DNA from: Desulfobulbaceae bacterium | Lineage (GTDB): Bacteria; Desulfobacterota; Desulfobulbia; Desulfobulbales; SURF-16 | Length of the DNA stretch: 64,000 nt | Reading direction: 5' to 3' | NCBI GenBank assembly: GCA_020444175.1 | Contig: JAHLLM010000005.1 | Coordinates: 4,210-68,209 of the forward strand | Notes under the pieces: model-generated | The model's database searches: none | Told to the model about the DNA's origin: nothing | The model's input: only the letters and a program-made list of their open reading frames with translations | Program-made: the position numbers and the translations under genes | Part shown: positions 19,938 through 26,495 of the stretch, in pieces | How positions within the stretch are numbered: position 1 is the first letter of the stretch | Layout of the letters: every line of letters begins with the position of its first letter

Positions 19938-20702
19938 GTGAATGAAACTGATAAATACCGGAAGCTTCTTTCTGTCATAAAAGAATCCGGTAATGTTGCC
20001 GTGGCCTTTTCCGGAGGCGTCGACTCTACTTTGCTGCTTAAGGCGGCAGTCGATGTTTGCGGCCCCGACACAATCGCGTTTTTTGCACGTTCCCTGCTGC
20101 AGAAAAAAGCGGTTGAGGAAAGGGTCAGGGGGACGTGCAGGGATTTTGGCTGTACACTCCGCATCATAGACTTTAATCCTTTGTCATGGCCCGACTTTAC
20201 AGAAAACAAAGCCAACCGCTGTTATCTCTGCAAGAAGAAAATATACTCAGGCTTTATGACCAGCACGGCAGAACGATACCAGCTTCTGGACGGTACAAAT
20301 GTTGATGATTTGTCCCGCCATCGACCCGGACTGCAGGCAATCAAAGAGCTGGGGGTGAAAACTCCGTTAGTTGAGGCTGGTTTCACAAAGATGGAAATAA
20401 GGGCGCTCAGCAGGAAATTTGGTTTTTCCTGCTGGGATCTGCCTTCGGAGTCTTGCCTTGCAACCCGAGTGTTGCAGGGAGTTATCACCCCAGAGTTGTT
20501 AAAAATTGTTGATGAAGGGGAAAGGCTTTTGGCTGAAAATGGATTTTATGGCTGCAGGCTCAGGCTTGGGCCTGGAAACGCATATCTGACGATCTCTCAA
20601 GGAGATATTGTTCGTTTTGCCGCAAGTCCTTTGCGTGACAAAATTGTTGCATGGCTGGCAAAAAACACTTTTGCCAAAGTTTTTCTTGAACTTTCTGAAT
20701 GA
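19938..20702 (+). CDS. PP-loop ATP pyrophosphatase, LarE-like (COG1606) putative sulfur transferase
   Basis: GTG start. PP-loop AFSGGVDST, CxxC motif (RCYLCKK), and a third Cys in PSESCLATR, as in LarE-type enzymes. Confidence 0.75.
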   Translation: MNETDKYRKLLSVIKESGNVAVAFSGGVDSTLLLKAAVDVCGPDTIAFFARSLLQKKAVEERVRGTCRDFGCTLRIIDFNPLSWPDFTENKANRCYLCKKKIYSGFMTSTAERYQLLDGTNVDDLSRHRPGLQAIKELGVKTPLVEAGFTKMEIRALSRKFGFSCWDLPSESCLATRVLQGVITPELLKIVDEGERLLAENGFYGCRLRLGPGNAYLTISQGDIVRFAASPLRDKIVAWLAKNTFAKVFLELSE

Positions 20703-20785
20703 GCGGGTATTGTGTTTCTGTTTAATTTGTTGTTAGATAACGTAATGCTAAAGGGGATAAGCAATTTAATTGGCTCATTTTTAAT

Positions 20786-20814
20786 TTGACAATCAAATTG
20801 TGTTTAGGTAAATC
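20786..20814 (+). promoter_or_regulatory. Putative sigma-70 promoter of hup
   Basis: TTGACA (20786-20791), 17-nt spacer, TAAATC (20809-20814), ~60 nt upstream of the start codon. Confidence 0.35.
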
Positions 20815-20874
20815 AGCTCTACCACTTGAGTTGAATTCATCTTAAAAGAATATTATTCATGAGGAGAAAGGATT

Positions 20875-21147
20875 ATGAATAAAAGTGAATTGGTTGAAAG
20901 GATGGCTTCTGCGGCTGGAATCAGTAAGGCTGCGGCAGAAAAAGCATTAACCGGGTTTATTGATGGCGTAACCGACGCTTTGGCGGATGGTGGCAAAGTT
21001 ACTTTGGTAGGTTTTGGTACTTTTTCTGTTTCAGAGCGTGCTGCACGCCAGGGAAGAAATCCTCAGACCGGTGCTACCATTGAAATTCCAGCAAGGACTG
21101 TTGCTCGTTTTAAAGCGGGAAGCAAACTTGCTGATGCTGTTAAATAA
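20875..21147 (+). CDS. hup: Nucleoid-associated DNA-binding protein HU
   Basis: 90 aa starting MNKSELVE, with GFGTFSVSERAARQGRNPQTG..I.IPA. GGAG RBS. Confidence 0.93.
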   Translation: MNKSELVERMASAAGISKAAAEKALTGFIDGVTDALADGGKVTLVGFGTFSVSERAARQGRNPQTGATIEIPARTVARFKAGSKLADAVK

Positions 21148-21245
21148 TTTTTTGTATCAGCATCTGCCAATTCACGTAATGAATGAATGATCTTTGGCAG
21201 GTTTTTCCTGTATTTTTTTGGATCACATAATGTCTGATTTAGAAC

Positions 21246-21284
21246 GCGGAGAAATTTTCCATTAATTTCTCCGCTTCTTTTTTT
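21246..21284 (+). terminator. Rho-independent terminator of hup
   Basis: 10-bp stem GCGGAGAAAT (21246-21255) / ATTTCTCCGC (21265-21274), followed by TTCTTTTTTT. Confidence 0.7.
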
Positions 21285-21375
21285 GATATGGTGCTGATAA
21301 ACCGGAATTTTTTCCATCCCATGGAACTGGCTCCATGGGGGAATGTTTCGGGGTACTTTGTTTTATCTTCCAGGT

Positions 21376-21452
21376 CGGGATGTAGCGCAGTCTGGTAGCG
21401 CATCTGCTTCGGGAGCAGGGGGTCGGAGGTTCAAATCCTCTCATCCCGACCA
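21376..21452 (+). tRNA. tRNA-Pro (anticodon CGG)
   Basis: Hand-folded cloverleaf: acceptor CGGGATG/CATCCCG, D-arm GCGC-AGTCTGGTA-GCGC, anticodon loop TTCGGGA, T-arm GGAGG-TTCAAAT-CCTCT, encoded CCA. Confidence 0.93.
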
Positions 21453-21582
21453 GTTATATCAAATACTTACAGGTAATAAAATCTTAACTGAGAGTTCTTG
21501 GGCGGGGCTTATCTTTTTTAACCTGTGAATGGAGTTGTTTTTGAGATTTCCGGATCTTTCTCTAAACTCTCAAAAAAAAGCA

Positions 21583-21879
21583 TCAAGTTTTTATCAGTTC
21601 CCAATCCCAATACAGATTTTTTACCTGAGTTCGGATTGTCCCGTCTGGATGTATGAGTCTGGCTTTTAACCATGGCTTACTGTCTCCATCCATATTGACT
21701 TCAGCCACTTCATATTTTCTGCTGGCCGATTCAACTGTGCTGCCAGGCTTAACATTCCAAAGCTGCCTTGCTCTCTTTCTTTCCAGTACTGATATCTGTT
21801 CACGGACTGCTTGCAGTTCATCAGTCAACCTGGCTTCAGTGTCTCTGAGTATTTCGATTTTGTGGTCAATGCTTTTCAT
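21583..21879 (-). CDS. Hypothetical protein (98 aa, N-terminal coiled coil), island-borne
   Basis: Clean ORF whose ATG overlaps the end of the integrase C-terminal fragment. I recognise no family. Confidence 0.5.
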   Translation of the reverse strand: MKSIDHKIEILRDTEARLTDELQAVREQISVLERKRARQLWNVKPGSTVESASRKYEVAEVNMDGDSKPWLKARLIHPDGTIRTQVKNLYWDWELIKT

Positions 21880-22480
21880 TTATTTTTTTCTCTGGTTCTT
21901 CCATGGGAAAAGTTACCTCATCCATGGCAGCTTTCGCACTTTGATCAATAGTTGATAAATAAATTTCTGTGGTCCGGACATCCTGATGTCTCAGAAGTCA
22001 CCCATCTTTTATTTTCCTGGTTCTCAGAGTGACTATTTTATGTTTAAAATCCACATGCTCCCATTCAAGCCTTAATACCTCATCGATGCGACCCAAGAGA
22101 TGAAGGGTAGTGGTTATCAGATCCCGCTCATCTGTCTTCGGATCGGCCGCAAATATGAGCTGACCGATTTCTTTCTTACTTGCTATTTTTTTCTTGGCTT
22201 TCTCATGTGGCATTTTATCCACTACACCACAGGGATTATGAGTGATGATTTGCATCTTATCCCGGGCGTAAGTGAACATGGCAGAAATATCGTTCCTGCG
22301 GGCATTCCACTGATTATTTGAGGCTAGGGTCAGAAGGTATGAGATTACATCCAACCCTTCTTTTGCTTGTCGTAGCAGACTGCCATAAAGGTCACCTTTA
22401 CTGAATCGGGTCATGAAAGGGGTAACGTCTGCTTTTGGCTTTTGTTCTTTGATGTTGTTCAGATGTTTTTCAGCACCCTG
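21866..22480 (-). pseudogene. Tyrosine recombinase/integrase pseudogene (internal deletion with in-frame stop)
   Basis: The N-terminal SAM-like region and the Arg-I box (LLGRIDEVLRLEWEHVDF) read to TGA at 22000-21998. The next in-frame codons encode LLRHQDVRTTEIYLSTIDQS, the C-terminal His/Tyr box. The ~100 aa between the two catalytic segments are missing. Confidence 0.75.
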
Positions 22481-22544
22481 CAAAACCTTATATGTTAAGG
22501 GCCCGTGCGAGTTCGATTCTCGCTCTGATATAGCAAAATAAAAG

Positions 22545-22769
22545 TTAAACAGCCTCTTTGAGCTTCTCTGCAATCCATACTTTAACAAGGGCCTGCCTTG
22601 TTATTCCAAGTCTTTTTGACTCCTTGTCAAGCTTTGTTACTACCCATGCCGGAAAGTCTATATTGACGCGCTTAGGCTCTTGATTGATACGCCGAGCTTT
22701 TGAAAAATCAAGATCACCCGTCATATCTTCGCCAGCATCAAATTTTTTATCAAATTCTTTAGCTTTCAT
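22545..22769 (-). CDS. brnA: BrnA-type antitoxin (CopG/RHH family)
   Basis: 74 aa with KRVNIDFPAWVVTKLDKESKRLGITRQALVKVWI, typical of BrnA. Overlaps the brnT stop by 11 nt. Confidence 0.8.
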   Translation of the reverse strand: MKAKEFDKKFDAGEDMTGDLDFSKARRINQEPKRVNIDFPAWVVTKLDKESKRLGITRQALVKVWIAEKLKEAV

Positions 22770-23022
22770 AATATTGAATCTCCTTTTCCCTTGAGCGACG
22801 GGCAGAAATAATTCTTATCGAGTCGTTTCTGTAAGTAATAACAACAGACCAGTGTTTTTTGTCGATTTTTCCTATTACAAGACAACGCCCTTCGTCCTGT
22901 ACTGTTTTTGCCGGAATTTCTAACACGTCCCAATCATCCCAAAGAGCTTGTACCTCGTCAAAATCAATACCGTGTTTGAGCTTATTGGTTTCGCTCTTTT
23001 TTTCGTCAAAATCAAATCTCAT
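22759..23022 (-). CDS. brnT: BrnT-type ribonuclease toxin (DUF497)
   Basis: From MRFDFDEKKSETNKLKHGIDFDEV...RCLVIGK...VVITYRNDSIRIISARRSREKE, the DUF497/BrnT pattern. The ORF-track N-terminal extension (to 23073) is unlikely. Confidence 0.85.
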   Translation of the reverse strand: MRFDFDEKKSETNKLKHGIDFDEVQALWDDWDVLEIPAKTVQDEGRCLVIGKIDKKHWSVVITYRNDSIRIISARRSREKEIQYYES

Positions 23023-23261
23023 ATTGATATAATGTATATCCTCTGGGGTAAAATGCAATAATAAATATACCATTCCTACTCAAAAAAGAGGGGGCAAGGG
23101 GGCAGAAGTGACTATTCAACTTAAGCCCTCATAATTATTAAAATCATGAAATCTGGTGGCGATTTTAATTCTTTCAGATGCTTTTTAACGTAAATGCCGC
23201 ACTCCATGCCTTGTAGAATCAACTATACAAGGCATTAAAAAGTAAGACTAACTGCTTCGGG

Positions 23262-23309
23262 TGCAGGGGGCGGAGGTTCAAATCCTCTCATCTTGACCAT
23301 TTGTTTTGC
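23262..23309 (+). repeat. Partial duplicate of the tRNA-Pro 3' half (att-type direct repeat)
   Basis: CTGCTTCGGGTGCAGGGGGCGGAGGTTCAAATCCTCTCATCTTGACCA compared with tRNA positions 21404-21452: 4 differences including a 1-nt deletion. There is no 5' half, so it is not a functional tRNA. Confidence 0.85.
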
Positions 23310-23465
23310 AGTGACCCCCAAGTCCTTCAACTCTCCAGCCAAAAGGATTTCTTCTTTTTGCTTTCCTGTTTTTTGAATTTTAGAAATTTCTTCTGCTGAA
23401 ATTCAGTAAAATTCCGACATCCCTTATCGACCTTGGCGTTTCACCTGGGTTTTTCATGCTTCTGC

Positions 23466-23494
23466 TTGTTTAGACTTGGTTCCATGAGTATAAT
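23466..23494 (+). promoter_or_regulatory. Putative sigma-70-type promoter of the flagellin gene
   Basis: TTGTTT (23466-23471), 17-nt spacer, consensus TATAAT (23489-23494), ~50 nt upstream of the GGAGG RBS. Confidence 0.45.
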
Positions 23495-23546
23495 AAAGAG
23501 ATAAGGTCAAAATCTTTTTCTTTTCTCGTTTCAGGAGGGGGACATT

Positions 23547-24377
23547 ATGAAAATTAATAATGTTGGCTTCAGTCAGGCATCATTGTATTTAAAGGATAGT
23601 CAGAAGGCTCTCACTGAATCTTTAAGCCGCTTTTCCGCAGGTAAAAGAATAACCAAAGCTGCTGATGATGCATCCGGCATGGCCATTGCCAATGCCCTGG
23701 AGAGCCAGGTAAGAGGCTATGGGCAGGCCATACGTAATGCGACGGATGCCATTGCCATTGGCCAGATAGCTGACGGAGCTCTTGGCGAATCTTCAAATTT
23801 GATCATGGATATCCGTACCAAGGCGCTTCAGGCAGCAAACGGTTCCCAGAGTCTGGAGTCAAGGCAGGCCTTGCAGGCAGATATTGATAAGAATCTTGTT
23901 ACGTTAAATGAAATTGCCCAGAATACCTCCTATAATGGGCAAAAACTTCTCTCCGGGCAGTTTTCGGATAAATCCTTTCAAGTTGGGGCTTCAGCAGGTG
24001 AAACTATTGGCTTGAGCATTGACTCAGCTGAGACGGCAAGCCTTGGCGGTGAAACCGGTACACTTAGTGATATAAATGTGTTAAGCGCGGAAGGTGCCCA
24101 GGACGCAGTTGCAATTGCCGACGCCGCTTTGTCAGAGTTGAATCTCATTCGAAGTGATATCGGTTCAACACAGAATCAGCTTTCCTCAACCATTGAAAAT
24201 TTATCTCTGACCAGAGTCAATGTCGCATCTGCTCAATCTCAAATAGAAGACCTTGATTTTGCCGAAGAATCCATTAATTTCAACAAAATGCAAATCCTCA
24301 ACAAGGCAAGAATCTTCGCCGTGACCCAGGGAAGTAAGATCAGCAAACAGGGAATGAATGAACTTCTCCAGGGGTAG
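23547..24377 (+). CDS. fliC: Flagellin, short form (D0/D1 domains only, 276 aa)
   Basis: The N-terminal (LSRFSAGKRITKAADDASGMAIAN...RNATDAIAIGQIADGAL) and C-terminal (IRSDIGSTQNQLSSTIENL...AQSQIEDLDFAEE) conserved flagellin regions are present. There is no central hypervariable domain. Confidence 0.9.
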   Translation: MKINNVGFSQASLYLKDSQKALTESLSRFSAGKRITKAADDASGMAIANALESQVRGYGQAIRNATDAIAIGQIADGALGESSNLIMDIRTKALQAANGSQSLESRQALQADIDKNLVTLNEIAQNTSYNGQKLLSGQFSDKSFQVGASAGETIGLSIDSAETASLGGETGTLSDINVLSAEGAQDAVAIADAALSELNLIRSDIGSTQNQLSSTIENLSLTRVNVASAQSQIEDLDFAEESINFNKMQILNKARIFAVTQGSKISKQGMNELLQG

Positions 24378-24387
24378 ATAATTTTTT

Positions 24388-25506
24388 ATGACAACTGATG
24401 AATGCGTAGAAGCCCTGAGCAAGGTTGACCTTTTCGCTCATTTCACCAAGGCTGAGATAGAGAATTTTGTCCTGAATGCTGAAGAGATATGCTGTGCTCC
24501 TGGGGAGGTTCTTATCGAGGAAGGAACAGTCGCTGAGGATTTTTTTATTCTTCTGAGTGGTAAACTTTCTGTGTTCAAGGGGAAGAGGATTTTATCGGAA
24601 TTAACTGCTGTTGACTGCGTCGGTGAAATGGCGATTATCGAATCACGGCCTCGCTCTGCAACCGTTAAAGCCTTTGAGAAGAGTTCGCTTTTAAGAATTT
24701 CGTCGGAATCGTTTCAGGAGTTTCTTCTGCAAAGAAAAGACTCTCTTTTTTCCCTGATGAAGATTCTCAGCCATAGGATCAGGATGGACAATGAGGTCAT
24801 TGCCCATGATTTTGAGCAAACCAGCATTCTTGTCCATGATATGAGGAATCTGCTTTCCCTCTTTCTCCTGCTGGATAAGTTTGAGATGGAAAAAGGATCT
24901 GTGCAGGATAAGCATATCCGTATCATGAAAACCGCGCGTGGTCATCTTGCAAGACTTGCCAATCTGTGTCTTGCCAATGTAAAAAAGAATGTTATTCCTG
25001 AGAATTACGGATTAAATTCACTGCCATCCCTTTTAATGGAGATGGCAGAGTCTGATTGTATAACCCATCCTGATCTCTGTGACAAAAAAATCACTATCAA
25101 AGAGACATCTCCACTGCCGGAATTCCAGTTTTCAAAGCTTCAGATTCGTCGAGTTCTCTTAAACCTTCTGATTAATGCCTCCCAGGCCAGTGCTTCTGGA
25201 GGTTCAATTGAGGTAGTCGTGGAGCGGCAGGATGGCAGTGCCGTCGTTCAGATAAAAGACCATGGATCAGGGGTAAGCGATAGTATCGGAGCTCGAATTT
25301 TTGATTCATACTACACCACCAAACCCCAGGGCAACGGTCTTGGGTTGTCGAGCTGCAAACAGATTGTGGAACAAAATCATGGAGGTTGCCTTTCTTTTGC
25401 TGCAAATCCTTCGGGTGGAACAATTTTTACCGTCTCACTGCCGCTTTTATGGCGGGAAAGCTCAGACAGGAAGAAAAGAATCCCTTCGATCCCAATGAGT
25501 ATCTAA
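24388..25506 (+). CDS. Cyclic-nucleotide-binding domain sensor histidine kinase
   Basis: N-terminal CAP_ED-like domain (GE.LIEEG...DFFILLSGKL...VGEMA...RSATV). H-box-like LVHDMRNLLS. HATPase_c N, G1 and G2 boxes (LLNLLINASQA, DHGSGV, GNGLGL). Starts 10 nt after the flagellin stop. Confidence 0.8.
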   Translation: MTTDECVEALSKVDLFAHFTKAEIENFVLNAEEICCAPGEVLIEEGTVAEDFFILLSGKLSVFKGKRILSELTAVDCVGEMAIIESRPRSATVKAFEKSSLLRISSESFQEFLLQRKDSLFSLMKILSHRIRMDNEVIAHDFEQTSILVHDMRNLLSLFLLLDKFEMEKGSVQDKHIRIMKTARGHLARLANLCLANVKKNVIPENYGLNSLPSLLMEMAESDCITHPDLCDKKITIKETSPLPEFQFSKLQIRRVLLNLLINASQASASGGSIEVVVERQDGSAVVQIKDHGSGVSDSIGARIFDSYYTTKPQGNGLGLSSCKQIVEQNHGGCLSFAANPSGGTIFTVSLPLLWRESSDRKKRIPSIPMSI

Positions 25507-25524
25507 ATTTTTAAAGAATTAAAT

Positions 25525-25714
25525 TCTAGCAGGCTGTTGAAAAATGTAGCGAGCGAAGCGGAGACAAGGATTTATGCCCTTTAGGGTAAAAATGAGGTGA
25601 AAAAGCGCAGTTTACATGGAGTAAATGAGCATTTTGAGCCAAATTTTGACGCAGAATCAGCAGATAGCGAACAAAGTGAGACTTCGAGCGCAGTAGTTTT
25701 TCAACAACCTGCTA
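25525..25714. repeat. 190-bp palindromic intergenic element (MITE/REP-like)
   Basis: 19-bp terminal inverted repeats CTAGCAGGCTGTTGAAAAA (25525-25543) and TTTTTCAACAACCTGCTAG (25696-25714), with 1 mismatch. No credible ORF inside. Confidence 0.7.
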
Positions 25715-25810
25715 GTGATGCAAGTGCGGCTTTAAACTGAGTTTAAAGAGGCCCCGCAATATTGTTCTGTAGAATATGTATTTTATTAATAATAACAAGA
25801 GAATAAATCT

Positions 25811-26371
25811 ATGAACAAAAAATTGTTTTTAATGTTTCTTGTCCTTTTTGCAGGCTGTATGTCTTTTCATTTTATCGCTGCCCCAAAAGCAATAGCGGCA
25901 TCTGCTGAGGAAATTAATATTGGGGTTGATGCCACTCTGGAGCGCTTCAGCAAAGAGGTAGGGGGAGGCAGTGCATTTTTAAAGAAAGCGAAAGGGGTTT
26001 TGGTTTTTCCCAGTGTTATCAAGGCCGGTTTTGGAGTGGGTGGAGAGTATGGAGAAGGAGCTCTGCGAATTGGAGGCAAAACCGTGGCATATTATAACAC
26101 TGCTGCCGCTTCCATCGGTTTTCAGTTGGGCGCTCAGTCAAAATCCGTGGTCCTTGTTTTTCTAAAGAGTAATGCCCTGGCGGATTTTAGAAAAAGCAGC
26201 GGCTGGAAAGCAGGTGTCGATGGTTCTGTTGCTTTGATTAAATGGGGAGTAGGTGAGGACATTAATACGGTGGATATAAAGGACCCCATTGTGGGATTTG
26301 TTTTCAGCAATAAGGGACTCATGTACAATCTGACCATAGAGGGCTCGAAATTTACGAAAATTGAAAAATGA
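25811..26371 (+). CDS. Secreted SYLF/DUF500 (Ysc84-like) lipid-binding domain protein
   Basis: Signal peptide MNKKLFLMFLVLFAGC..., then a G(F/V)GGEYGEG...GFQ.GAQ pattern typical of the SYLF domain. Confidence 0.7.
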   Translation: MNKKLFLMFLVLFAGCMSFHFIAAPKAIAASAEEINIGVDATLERFSKEVGGGSAFLKKAKGVLVFPSVIKAGFGVGGEYGEGALRIGGKTVAYYNTAAASIGFQLGAQSKSVVLVFLKSNALADFRKSSGWKAGVDGSVALIKWGVGEDINTVDIKDPIVGFVFSNKGLMYNLTIEGSKFTKIEK

Positions 26372-26486
26372 TGGGCTCGCAACAGGTCCGATATTGATCA
26401 GCCGCCAACAAAAGAGCAACAAGTTAGACGCGTTTCGGCGGCGGTAATAGGGTTCCACCCTCAAAGGCATAAAGGCGAGACCGTCA
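26369..26486. repeat. 118-bp palindromic element, same family as 32011-32113
   Basis: Ends TGATGGGCTCGC and GCGAGACCGTCA are inverted repeats. The core CCGCCAAC...CAACAAGTTAGACGCGTTTCGGCGGCGG is ~80% identical to the core at 32045-32090. It fills the whole gap between the SYLF gene stop and the punA start. Confidence 0.7.
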
Positions 26487-26495
26487 AAAATAATA

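Larger units (their letters stand above)
21453..23309. mobile_element. Decayed integrative element at tRNA-Pro (~1.86 kb remnant)
   Basis: Bounded by the tRNA-Pro 3' end (21404-21452) and a 48-nt ~92% identical direct copy (23262-23309). Contains a disrupted tyrosine integrase, a hypothetical ORF and brnT/brnA. Confidence 0.65.

Noticed and set aside
22481-22588. 5' part of the 196-aa integrase ORF (to 22588)
   Set aside because: This stretch translates through the tRNA-like T-arm fragment and overlaps the brnA 3' end. It is not integrase-like.
23405-23445. Sigma-28 (FliA) promoter upstream of the flagellin (TAAA...CCGACAT / TCGACCT)
   Set aside because: Neither candidate matches GCCGATAA with correct 15-nt spacing, and a sigma-54 GG-N10-GC candidate is off by one nt. 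The TTGTTT-17-TATAAT promoter fits better.
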